A stretch of 16,334 nt of DNA, taken from the IMG/VR virus record IMGVR_UViG_2706794682_000018, one strand, 5' to 3'. Shown piece after piece: positions 1 through 7,413 of this stretch. The position numbers were made by a program, and so were the translations under genes. Under the pieces are notes generated by a model. It made no database searches, had not been told where the DNA came from, and saw only the letters and a program-made list of their open reading frames with translations. The stretch comes from a virus (taxonomy: Duplodnaviria; Heunggongvirae; Uroviricota; Caudoviricetes). Position 1 is the stretch's first letter. The number at the start of each line of letters is the position of its first letter.

Positions 1-465
1 AGACGGATACACACCTTTCGTACACTTTGCCCATACCGGCGGCTTACCATCCGGATACTGGATCTTGTTTGTAAAAACCTCGCTTTCAATAAATTTTTTT
101 CCGTGACAGCAGGGGCACTGTTTTTTGCTCGCCGCGCTACGGGCATAATCTTCAAACGCATACGAAGCCATAATACGCATCACTGCCGGTTTTATTTCTG
201 CCGGGAGTTTTCTTAACGCCGCCACGCGATCACACCGACTGAGTGCATATTCTGTCAGCAATTCTGTTGCCCGCTCTCTGTCATTCATACTAATGCCCAT
301 TTTCCCAAGGAACGCAGAAACCCCCATCTCAGCCCGATTCTGTGTCATGCCCTGCGCGGCCATCACATCAGTGATACTCAGCGCATCTTTCGACGTTGAG
401 GCCGATGCATCAGTCAGGCCGGGGGATTTTGGGGAGTAGTATTTCGGTAAATCTTCCAGTTTCAT
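1..465 (-). CDS. Late-gene antitermination protein Q, N-terminal 155 codons; 3' end lies beyond position 1
   Basis: Minus-strand ATG at 465-463, then 155 sense codons with no stop down to position 1 (checked codon by codon). Translation contains CPCCHGKK...C, a Q-type zinc-finger-like motif. Start overlaps the rusA stop (ATGA). Position after rusA matches lambdoid nin-Q modules. Confidence 0.7.
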   Translation of the reverse strand, partial: MKLEDLPKYYSPKSPGLTDASASTSKDALSITDVMAAQGMTQNRAEMGVSAFLGKMGISMNDRERATELLTEYALSRCDRVAALRKLPAEIKPAVMRIMASYAFEDYARSAASKKQCPCCHGKKFIESEVFTNKIQYPDGKPPVWAKCTKGVYPS

Positions 466-842
466 TTTTTGACCTGCCCTTCAAGCATTATGGGATAAAT
501 CTTCACCCCCAGACGTCCACCAGATACTGGCTGAGCACGAACGATATTGATTTCATCAAACTGCTCATCGTCCATTAGCAACCCCGCATGCGTCAGCGCA
601 TCCAGCGGCGCTTTCAGAATATTGTCCAGGTCACGGCGGCGCTTATCCGGTGGTTCTGCAATAATTTTTATTGCCAACCTTCCGGACAGGCTTAATTTCA
701 GCCGCTGCTGGCGAACAATAAGCGCCACTGCCCGGCGATAACGCTCCCCGGCTTTTGATACAAAATATGTGCTGCCACGACGACGCCAGTAAGTGTTCAC
801 CGTCGGCGGGTAAGGTAAAACAAATTCTATGCGCTCGGTCAT
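462..842 (-). CDS. rusA: Crossover junction endodeoxyribonuclease RusA (Holliday junction resolvase)
   Basis: 126-aa ORF with ATG at 842-840. Sequence (YPPTVNTYWRRRG ... RRRDLDNILKAPLDALTHAGLLMDDEQ) matches the RusA family as I recall it. Located just upstream of Q as in lambdoid prophages. Confidence 0.85.
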   Translation of the reverse strand: MTERIEFVLPYPPTVNTYWRRRGSTYFVSKAGERYRRAVALIVRQQRLKLSLSGRLAIKIIAEPPDKRRRDLDNILKAPLDALTHAGLLMDDEQFDEINIVRAQPVSGGRLGVKIYPIMLEGQVKK

Positions 843-1901
843 TTATGCTTTCCACTTCAGAACACCCGAATTTCTCGCGTGCATTAAAAAACGAATCAGC
901 AACAACAGCTGACTGCCGTGTTTCTCTTCAAAATCTTTTACTCCGGCATGTAGTTCGTTACGGCATTTACGGCATAACGGAATAACAAACAAATCATCAG
1001 CCTTTGTTCCCATCCCTCCCAGTCCATGACCAATGATGTGATGCGGATCATCTGCCTGATTGCCACACGTCATGCATTTCTGCGTTTTTACCCAGCGCGT
1101 GTATACAGGCATCTCTTCCCGTTGTGATTTCTGGCGCTGGAGATACTGAGCCGGTGACTCCGGATCAACGGCAATGCTGACCACCGTCTTTTCCTGTGGT
1201 GGGTTCTGTTGCTGGTGGACGTGAGGCAGTAACGCAATATTTTTTGTGCGCTGCTTCAGTATGCTGGTGGCTGTCTGCTCTCCCGGTATGATGTCGCTTT
1301 CACTGTACACAGAGCGAATTTTTTCCGCACGCAACCCCAGCGAACGACGTAATACCGCTTCCGGTAGCGCGTCCGCCACCTGATTGCGGACCGCCCACCA
1401 GGATAATTCAGCCAGAGATAATTCACGCTCCTGCGTACCGCTTATTGCGTGACCGATGACGTCAATCATCCATGCTGACAGGTTTTGATGAGCAAGTTGC
1501 TCGAGTGATTCGGATGTCTGGTCACGCAGCTGGTTGTCGCAGTGCCAGCACAACACCATTGCGCCGGTACCATAACGGTGAATGACGGTTTCGCTGTGAT
1601 GATAATCGCCGTGTGGCCACTGGCAGGATTTAATATGGCGCAACAGCCAGTCAGACAATGCACCAGCACCACCAGCAGCACGAATCACCCGTGCGTTACT
1701 GAAAAACGGCAGCAATGTTTTGTCTTCCACCAGCGGCTGGCGAGCGGCAGGAACGACCCCGGACGGCAGATTACGCATGCTTTTTGGTTCCGGCTCCACC
1801 AGTATTCTGCCGTTATGGAATGCTGACATTGATTCACGGCCTGGCTTAACGATAACCAGACCGAGTTCCGGTACCAGAACAGGTCGAAGTAATACCCGCA
1901 C
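843..1901 (-). CDS. DUF968-family prophage protein (YdfU-like) with C-terminal Cys/His motif
   Basis: 352-codon ORF whose stop abuts the rusA ATG (TAAATG). The longest ORF starts at GTG 1901-1899 with GGAGGT upstream; in-frame ATGs further in are alternatives. C-terminal C..C...HH...CRKCRNELH looks like an HNH-like zinc motif. Size and position next to Q resemble YdfU of Qin-type prophages (from memory). Confidence 0.7.
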   Translation of the reverse strand: MRVLLRPVLVPELGLVIVKPGRESMSAFHNGRILVEPEPKSMRNLPSGVVPAARQPLVEDKTLLPFFSNARVIRAAGGAGALSDWLLRHIKSCQWPHGDYHHSETVIHRYGTGAMVLCWHCDNQLRDQTSESLEQLAHQNLSAWMIDVIGHAISGTQERELSLAELSWWAVRNQVADALPEAVLRRSLGLRAEKIRSVYSESDIIPGEQTATSILKQRTKNIALLPHVHQQQNPPQEKTVVSIAVDPESPAQYLQRQKSQREEMPVYTRWVKTQKCMTCGNQADDPHHIIGHGLGGMGTKADDLFVIPLCRKCRNELHAGVKDFEEKHGSQLLLLIRFLMHARNSGVLKWKA

Positions 1902-1976
1902 ATTACCTCCAGATCCGTTGCTGGAATGTGCGGGACGGACGCGTTGGCCGTTCGGAGTAAGGGAGCCTGACGGAGA

Positions 1977-2258
1977 TTATCCAGTGACGGTAGTCGAGGC
2001 TAAGGGCTTTTTTAACCTCGCATCCGCGCCTGCGGTAACACTGAATGAGCCATTCGGCCTGTTCTTCAGTGCATGGGGGATGCTGGTACCAATCAGATTT
2101 AAATGCGTGAGAGCGCCGCCCGTGCCTGCTGGCAAAGACGGCTGAATTATCAGAATTGTGTAGTCTGGAAGGCAGTGGCTGACAATAGCGCCATTCTCAA
2201 CGCGCACAGTATAGAGGCCATCTTCACTAAAAATTTCACGTAATTCTTCGATTTTCAT
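1977..2258 (-). CDS. Small ORF, copy 1 (MKIEELREIFSEDGLYTVRVENGAIVSHC...); only the first ~29 codons are shared with copy 2; occupies the position of rem in Qin-type prophages
   Basis: ATG at 2258-2256 preceded by GGAAGGA 8 nt upstream. The first 29 codons are shared with the ORF at 3497, with 4 synonymous and 2 conservative changes. The C-terminal 64 aa is unique and low-complexity, so true length is uncertain. Confidence 0.35.
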   Translation of the reverse strand: MKIEELREIFSEDGLYTVRVENGAIVSHCLPDYTILIIQPSLPAGTGGALTHLNLIGTSIPHALKNRPNGSFSVTAGADARLKKPLASTTVTG

Positions 2259-2379
2259 CAACAGAATCCTTCCAGATAAATAGCACTCCCCTGTTCGGGG
2301 TCCATCCCTCTTCTCCCTGCGCGCTACTTAAGTATTTTTGATTCTATTCCGGCACCATCTAAAACTTCAAACGCGTTGA

Positions 2380-2410
2380 AAATAAAAACAAAAACCCGCC
2401 GAAGCGGGTT
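2380..2410 (-). terminator. Intrinsic terminator downstream of hok copy 1
   Basis: On the minus strand, stem CCCGC, loop TTCG, stem GCGGG (plus 2395-2408), followed by TTTTTGTTTTTATTTT. It lies about 70 nt after the hok stop. Confidence 0.6.
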
Positions 2411-2478
2411 AAGTGTGGGTGCATTGAGGATGCCTGCCCCATCAGAGGTGGCGAGGGATTTCTCCCCCGCCTGGTCTC

Positions 2479-2634
2479 TTACTCCTCAGGTTCGTAAGCT
2501 GTGAAGACAGCGACCTCCGTCTGGCCGGTTCGAATTCGTACCTCGCAGAGGTCTTTCCTCGTTACCAGTGCCGTCACTATGACGGTTAAACAGATGACGA
2601 TCAGGGCGATTAACATCGCCTTTTGCTGCTTCAT
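2479..2634 (-). CDS. hokD: Hok/Gef-family type I toxin, 51 aa (HokD/RelF-like membrane peptide)
   Basis: MKQQKAMLIALIVICLTVIVTALVTRKDLCEVRIRTGQTEVAVFTAYEPEE, which I recognise as the Hok family (hydrophobic helix plus conserved Cys). ATG at 2634-2632 with AAGGAG 9 nt upstream. The 70-aa ORF in the track is an in-frame upstream extension. Confidence 0.85.
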   Translation of the reverse strand: MKQQKAMLIALIVICLTVIVTALVTRKDLCEVRIRTGQTEVAVFTAYEPEE

Positions 2635-2693
2635 AGCCTGCTTCTCCTTGCCTTTCGGCATGTAAGAGGCTAACCTACATGTGCAAAGCATGA

Positions 2694-2783
2694 AATTGGC
2701 CTCAGATTAATGTTAAGCGTCTTGCCGGACGCGTAATGTTAACTGGGGCTTTTCTCTATCTGCCTTTTGGTGTTCATGCCTGA
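2694..2783. repeat. Inverted repeat arm A (90 bp, perfect), inside the hok copy 1 leader region
   Basis: Exact reverse complement of 2916-3005, verified base by base at both ends and at internal checkpoints. Pairing breaks at 2693/3006 and 2784/2915. Confidence 0.9.
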
Positions 2784-2915
2784 GACAGATAGCCTCAAGC
2801 ACCCGCTGCAATTCTACTTAACTCTCCTTTTCCCGCAAACCGTTTTTATCCCCAGCGGCAAATCGAATACACCACCAGCGCCACCGCCATCGCAATTCCT
2901 ACCGTTGTTAATGCT

Positions 2916-3005
2916 TCAGGCATGAACACCAAAAGGCAGATAGAGAAAAGCCCCAGTTAACATTACGCGTCCGGCAAGACGCTTAACATTAATCTGAGGC
3001 CAATT
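2916..3005. repeat. Inverted repeat arm B (90 bp, perfect), 132 bp from arm A
   Basis: Exact reverse complement of 2694-2783. It overlaps the last 17 nt of the minus-strand 60-aa ORF 2989-3171. Confidence 0.9.
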
Positions 3006-3171
3006 GCAGGAGTTTGAAAAAACGCTTGTGGAATGCGTAGTTACACACACGCTTAAAGTCTGCGTGTATCCACTCACCTATTTTGATTTGATGCAGAAAA
3101 TCGCAACTCTCCGGCGTCGCCGGGAGAAGTAATCCGGAAGAGGTTTGTTTGACCAGTTGTATATGTGCCAT
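2989..3171 (-). CDS. Hypothetical 60-aa ORF (MAHIQLVKQTSSGLLLPATPESCDFLHQIKIGEWIHADFKRVCNYAFHKRFFKLLQLASD)
   Basis: ATG at 3171-3169 with GGAGAAAG upstream. No family recognised. Its 3' end runs into inverted-repeat arm B. Confidence 0.2.
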   Translation of the reverse strand: MAHIQLVKQTSSGLLLPATPESCDFLHQIKIGEWIHADFKRVCNYAFHKRFFKLLQLASD

Positions 3172-3209
3172 CGGCTTTCTCCGGTGGCACGGTGTTACAC
3201 AGCAGGAGT

Positions 3210-3497
3210 TCAATCCTGCTCAAGATTGTAGATGAGTTTATTCTTCAGCAAAAGCAGAAAACCAGCCTTAAAACCAATCTCTTTCAAAACCCGTAATGAT
3301 GTGACAAATTCGTCCTCACGCAAAATAAAACCGTCCGTCAGAAGTCCATTACAAAAATAAAATAACACAGCACCGCTCTTCCTTTGTTGAGATTGCAAAC
3401 ATCTAATGCGGCAATGGCTGACAATCGCTCCATTCTCAACGCGCACAGCATAGAGGCCATTTTCACTAAAAATTTCACGCAATTCTTCGATTTTCAT
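3210..3497 (-). CDS. Small ORF, copy 2 (MKIEELREIFSENGLYAVRVENGAIVSHC...); shares only its first ~29 codons with copy 1
   Basis: ATG at 3497-3495 with the same GGAAGGA site as copy 1. The 162-bp block 3411-3572 is about 94 percent identical to 2172-2333. The C-terminal tail is unrelated to copy 1. Confidence 0.3.
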   Translation of the reverse strand: MKIEELREIFSENGLYAVRVENGAIVSHCRIRCLQSQQRKSGAVLFYFCNGLLTDGFILREDEFVTSLRVLKEIGFKAGFLLLLKNKLIYNLEQD

Positions 3498-3619
3498 CTT
3501 CAGAATCCTTCCAGATAAATAGCTCTCCCCTGTTCGGGGTCCATCCCTCTTCTCCCTGCGCGCTACTTAAGTGAGTCGATTCTATCTGCGAAGGTGCGCG
3601 AATCAAATTCACCGGAAAT

Positions 3620-3670
3620 AAACAACAAAAAACCCGCCGAAACGCTGAGAGATCACAGCGATGGGCGGGT
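3620..3670 (-). terminator. Intrinsic terminator of hok copy 2 (two-tier hairpin plus T-run)
   Basis: Outer stem CCCGCC/GGCGGG (3633-3638 / 3664-3669) with inner stem CGCTG/CAGCG, followed on the minus strand by TTTTTTGTTGTTTATTT. Homologous to the copy 1 terminator with an insertion in the loop. Confidence 0.5.
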
Positions 3671-3746
3671 TAAGTGCGGGTGCGTTGAGGATGCCTGACA
3701 CATCAGAGGTGGGCGGGGATGGGATCAGCTCCCCGCCCGGTCACTC

Positions 3747-4060
3747 TTACTTCCTGGNNNNNNNNNNNNNNNNNNNNNNNNNNNNNNNNNNNNNNNNNNN
3801 NNNNNNNNNNNNNNNNNNNNNNNNNNNNNNNNNNNNNNNNNNNNNNNNNNNNNNNNNNNNNNNNNNNNNNNNNNNNNNNNNNNNNNNNNNNNNNNNNNNN
3901 NNNNNNNNNNNNNNNNNNNNNNNNNNNNNNNNNNNNNNNNNNNNNNNNNNNNNNNNNNNNNNNNNNNNNNNNNNNNNNNNNNNNNNNNNNNNNNNNNNNN
4001 NNNNNNNNNNNNNNNNNNNNNNNNTGAAGCAGATAGCCTCAAGCACCCGCAGTCATTCTA
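3747..4060 (-). other. Second hok-family locus (paralogue of copy 1) whose coding region and leader are hidden by the N run 3758-4024
   Basis: 3661-3757 is homologous to the copy 1 hok 3' region 2410-2490. A stop TAA sits at 3749-3747 with ..RK just upstream. After the N run, 4025-4057 is homologous to copy 1 at 2780-2815 (CAGATAGCCTCAAGCACCCGC). Confidence 0.5.
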
Positions 4061-4105
4061 CTTACCTCGCCAATATGAAATCAATCAGAAAGGTGCCCCA
4101 TAAAA

Positions 4106-4792
4106 TCACTCCTTCTCTTCTTTACCGTAGTGGAGTTGACCAATTTTGATAAGAGGGCGTCCCTGAGATTTGCGGTGTAGATTGGTATCGCGCAGAGAAT
4201 ACACACAGCCACAATATTCCTGCTGATAGAATTTTTCGCGCTTGCTGATTTCAATCATACGGGACGAGCCGCCCTGCTTGCGCCAGTTATAATCCCAGTA
4301 CACCATGCCCGGATAATGCGCGACGGCTCGCCGCCCACAGTCGTTAACCTGCTGCATATTTTTCCAGCGTGAAATGCCCAGTGAACTGCTGATCACACTG
4401 AAACCATTTTCAGCGGCGTACAGCGCTGTCCGCTCAAAACGCATGTCAAAACACATGGTGCAACGGATCCCTCGTTCGGGCTCCCATTCCATTCCTTTGG
4501 CTCGTTCAAACCAGTTGTCTGTGTCGTAATCAGCATCAATAAACGGCACGCCGTGTTGTTCAGCAAAGCGAATATTCTCATCCTTACGAATTAAATACTC
4601 TTTCTGAGGATGAATGTTCGGGTTGTAGAAAAAGATGGTGTAGTCGATTCCCGAGGCCTGAAGCGCCTCCATCACCTCACCGGAACATGGAGCACAGCAA
4701 GAGTGCAGTAGTAGTTTGTTTGCCCCGTTTGGGAGCTCCAATTTGGGCCGTTTGAAATCAGCAACTGTCATAAATATGTTTATTGGGGTCAT
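4106..4792 (-). CDS. DUF208 / QueH-like (epoxyqueuosine reductase family) Cys-rich protein, 228 aa
   Basis: Clean 228-codon ORF. N-terminal [11 protein letters not shown] and FFYNPNIHP motifs, plus further Cys pairs (RCTMC, EYCGC), match my recollection of the DUF208/QueH family. The assignment is from memory, not a search. Confidence 0.5.
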   Translation of the reverse strand: MTPINIFMTVADFKRPKLELPNGANKLLLHSCCAPCSGEVMEALQASGIDYTIFFYNPNIHPQKEYLIRKDENIRFAEQHGVPFIDADYDTDNWFERAKGMEWEPERGIRCTMCFDMRFERTALYAAENGFSVISSSLGISRWKNMQQVNDCGRRAVAHYPGMVYWDYNWRKQGGSSRMIEISKREKFYQQEYCGCVYSLRDTNLHRKSQGRPLIKIGQLHYGKEEKE

Positions 4793-4939
4793 AAAAATAT
4801 CAAAGAGTGTAGCATTAGAACGGGGCTATCGGAAACAGATGTGTGACTGCTCCCCGCCCTTTCGGGTGGTCTCCTGATGATTTGAGGGTGCAGAAATCCC
4901 TCCGGTTAAGGATTAAATTTTTAACAGTGCTAAATTTAA

Positions 4940-5296
4940 TTATTCAGTTCTGGATTTTGTCGCCCTGCGTATCCGCGCTTTCGCGTTACGCTCAATCTGT
5001 ATCAGCTTTTCTATATTTCTCCGCCTTTCCTGTTCCTCCTGGCGCAATAGCCTTACATCATCTGCCAGTCTGGTTTCTCTTTTTGCCACAGAGAGCATCC
5101 AGTCAAACGGCTCCACAACCGCACCGCAGATTTTACAGCGGACCTGACGCTCTTTTTCGTCAACCCGTACAGAGGCGTGATGGCAATATGGTCTTTCCGA
5201 TGGCTCATAAAGAAAATTAACCTGATTACGAGGGTCATCCTCTTTTACCGGAAATAAAACGATATTGCTTAACTCATCTTCTGGTTTTATTTCCAT
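4940..5296 (-). CDS. Hypothetical protein, 118 aa, Cys/His motif (CHH...CKIC) and basic coiled-coil-like C-terminus
   Basis: ATG at 5296-5294 preceded by AGGAGAGGAG. The track ORF extends upstream to 5353 but the internal ATG has the strong ribosome-binding site. No family recognised. Confidence 0.6.
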   Translation of the reverse strand: MEIKPEDELSNIVLFPVKEDDPRNQVNFLYEPSERPYCHHASVRVDEKERQVRCKICGAVVEPFDWMLSVAKRETRLADDVRLLRQEEQERRRNIEKLIQIERNAKARIRRATKSRTE

Positions 5297-5353
5297 GCTC
5301 CTCTCCTTTGATGCGAATGCCAGCGGTAATTGAAGCCTGATAGCTAATTTCAT

Positions 5354-5776
5354 TCACAGTATCGCCTCCTGAAAATTACCCTGATAGAAAGCCAGTACAC
5401 GCTGCATAGCTTCGCTCTTCCGGCACTCGCGACAGATTATATTCAGGCGCCTGTCGTAGCGGCGTATTTCTCCGTCAGGTAATGACCAGATAAGGTCCGG
5501 ATCAACAACAACCGGTTTCCTCACCTTTACTCTCGAGAGTTTTTTGCGGGCGCTTTGCCAGTCCTTGCGAGCCTGTTCAGACGGGAATAAGCCGTAGCCA
5601 GAATTATATACATCACCACTTGCGACCAGTTCTATGCATAAGCGACCGACAGACGCACGACTGATACCTGTTTCATCTGACAACTGCCGAATCGTGACCC
5701 GACCGTCCTGATGCACGAGTTCCACAATTCGCGTCTTCAGTTCTTCCCGCTGTTCGGGAGTAAAAGGTTTCGCCAT
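5354..5776 (-). CDS. Hypothetical DNA-binding protein, 140 aa, helix-turn-helix-like (TIRQLSDETGISRASVGRL)
   Basis: ATG at 5776-5774 with AGGAGG upstream. Lies immediately downstream of the DnaC-like gene on the same strand. Confidence 0.7.
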   Translation of the reverse strand: MAKPFTPEQREELKTRIVELVHQDGRVTIRQLSDETGISRASVGRLCIELVASGDVYNSGYGLFPSEQARKDWQSARKKLSRVKVRKPVVVDPDLIWSLPDGEIRRYDRRLNIICRECRKSEAMQRVLAFYQGNFQEAIL

Positions 5777-5790
5777 AAATCCTCCTGAAA

Positions 5791-6537
5791 CTACTTAACA
5801 ACCCTCGAATGGCTAACATTCGGACGCCAGCTCTCCCAGTTAAAATTCACCCAGCGCCCGCCGTTCATGACCATGCGATCCATCACCCGCTCGCCGAGCA
5901 ATGTTTTCATCACCTCATAGTTCAGGTTTGTCAGCATCCCCACGCTGCGCATCGACGCTGTCCGGCGATCAACAATCTGGTGCAGCACCACCTGCTCGTT
6001 TTTCGTCTCGCGCTGAATGCCAATTTCATCAAGAACCAGCAGATCCACTTCGCACAGCTCCCGCAAAAATTTTTCGCCTGACTGCCCGTCGTCATAGCTG
6101 GCGTGCAGGGCGCTCATAACATCAGCCACGGTAACCACAATCACTGTCTGACCGTCTTTCAGCAGGCGATTCCCGATAGCTGCCGCTAAGTGGTTCTTCC
6201 CGGTACCAGGTTTTCCGCTGAACGCAAAATTTGTACACCCGGTCATCAGTTCATCAGCGATGGATTTCGCCTGACTCAACGCGTATCGCTGCGCTTCGTT
6301 CTGCACCTGGTAATTCGAAAACGAGCATTTGCGGTGCAATGGCTGGATGCCAGAGCGATTCAGAATTTTTTCCACCCGCAACTGACGATTCTGACGGTTG
6401 ATCTCCTCACAACGTTTCTGGCCTTCGGAAAGTTGCCACTCGCGCCACTCCGCTACCGTCTTGAATGGCGCGGTTACATGTGACGGGGCCAGTCTGCGGA
6501 TACGTTCAAGAACGTCGCCTGTCGCAATATTTTTCAT
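5791..6537 (-). CDS. ydaV: DnaC-like replication protein / helicase loader (lambda P analogue)
   Basis: 248 aa with Walker A GKPGTGKNHLAAAIG and Walker B LLVLDEIG. AGGGGG site upstream; start 6 bp after the ydaU stop. Confidence 0.9.
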   Translation of the reverse strand: MKNIATGDVLERIRRLAPSHVTAPFKTVAEWREWQLSEGQKRCEEINRQNRQLRVEKILNRSGIQPLHRKCSFSNYQVQNEAQRYALSQAKSIADELMTGCTNFAFSGKPGTGKNHLAAAIGNRLLKDGQTVIVVTVADVMSALHASYDDGQSGEKFLRELCEVDLLVLDEIGIQRETKNEQVVLHQIVDRRTASMRSVGMLTNLNYEVMKTLLGERVMDRMVMNGGRWVNFNWESWRPNVSHSRVVK

Positions 6538-6543
6538 GGTCAG

Positions 6544-7401
6544 TTACCCCCTGAAGCCTGGCGGGATCGCACTATCCGGTAACGAGACGGTGTTAACCTG
6601 TCGGAGTAACGTCTCAGGTCGAACACCTTTCGGCGCGAACAAGCCCTGGTATTCATTGGCGATGCTGTGTCGAATCACCTGCTCAGGTGAAAAACCCTGC
6701 TGGCGGAATTTTTCCAGCTCCCGTATCGCCCCGTTAGCGCCCTGCTCCGTTCGAATCGGTTTTCGCAATGCCTGGCGAAATTCAACCCACTCACGCCAAA
6801 GCGAGACAGAAATCCAGTTCGGCAAAGCAATATCCAGAGGGTCAAACTTTTTGACACCTCGATTCCCCCGGGGGGGATTTAGGGGGGGATCTGTTTTTAG
6901 ATCTTTATCTGTATCTTTATTAGTTGCCTTTGTGTTGACATCATGTTCAAACACCACTTCAACATCTGTTTGAACACCTGTTAAATTTCTCTCTTGTTTT
7001 GTTTGAACATCTGCTTCCTTTCTGCTTCTTCTGGCCTGAACAGATGCTTTTCCTGCGGCTGATTTTTTGGTTAATTTTTCCCTGACTGATGCCAGATCTT
7101 CCTCAATCCGAAGATGCACCCATTCCTCGCCGTTATCGCAAAAAAACTCCTGCAAGGATGGTTCAACATCAGCCCATCGCTCGTTAGTCAGACGGGCAAT
7201 TTTTGCCAGCCTGTTTTTAGGTATTGGCTTTCCTGTTTGCCAGTAATTGAACATCAGCAACAAATACGCACCATGCTCCTCTGCTGACAAATGCATGGTG
7301 TCAGCCAGGTAATCAGCTATGTACAGTTGCATGTATGGTAATGCGGCCATAATTGCCCCGTATGATGCTGCCCGGTGGCTTAGAATAAGCACAAACAGCA
7401 T
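6544..7401 (-). CDS. ydaU: Replication initiation protein, DUF1376 (lambda O analogue)
   Basis: 285-codon ORF directly upstream of the DnaC-like gene; length matches recalled YdaU. Start codon uncertain (no clear ribosome-binding site at 7401). Confidence 0.8.
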   Translation of the reverse strand: MLFVLILSHRAASYGAIMAALPYMQLYIADYLADTMHLSAEEHGAYLLLMFNYWQTGKPIPKNRLAKIARLTNERWADVEPSLQEFFCDNGEEWVHLRIEEDLASVREKLTKKSAAGKASVQARRSRKEADVQTKQERNLTGVQTDVEVVFEHDVNTKATNKDTDKDLKTDPPLNPPRGNRGVKKFDPLDIALPNWISVSLWREWVEFRQALRKPIRTEQGANGAIRELEKFRQQGFSPEQVIRHSIANEYQGLFAPKGVRPETLLRQVNTVSLPDSAIPPGFRG

Positions 7402-7413
7402 GGAAACTTTTGC

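Noticed and set aside
1720-2145. 141-aa plus-strand ORF overlapping the DUF968 gene start and small ORF copy 1
   Set aside because: Antisense to better-supported minus-strand genes, low-complexity Gly/Arg/Pro-rich translation, no ribosome-binding site.
2479-2691. 70-aa extended version of the hok ORF (possible mok-like reading frame)
   Set aside because: The extension is in frame with hok and begins at a non-ATG codon, whereas the internal ATG at 2634 has a canonical AAGGAG site and yields the standard 51-aa Hok.
2694-3005. Inverted repeat as the terminal repeats of an insertion sequence or MITE
   Set aside because: No transposase ORF lies between or beside the arms, 90-bp perfect arms are far longer than typical terminal repeats, and arm A plus the spacer start are homologous to the native leader of hok copy 2. 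An inverted duplication of hok leader sequence is more likely.
3661-4149. ORF-track entries containing runs of X (3661-4149, 3719-4027, 3725-4042, 3747-4046, and 10092-10457, 10102-10416, 10145-10501)
   Set aside because: They are read through runs of N, so the internal sequence is unknown. Only the flanking real sequence was used, for the partial hok copy 2 and the kilR/ydaE fragments.
4843-5220. 125-aa plus-strand ORF opposite the 118-aa gene
   Set aside because: Entirely antisense to a gene with a strong ribosome-binding site, in a region where all other genes are on the minus strand; no motif recognised.
6398-6973. 191-aa plus-strand ORF spanning the ydaU/ydaV junction
   Set aside because: Antisense to two co-oriented replication genes with recognisable motifs; Ser/Arg-rich translation typical of a shadow frame.
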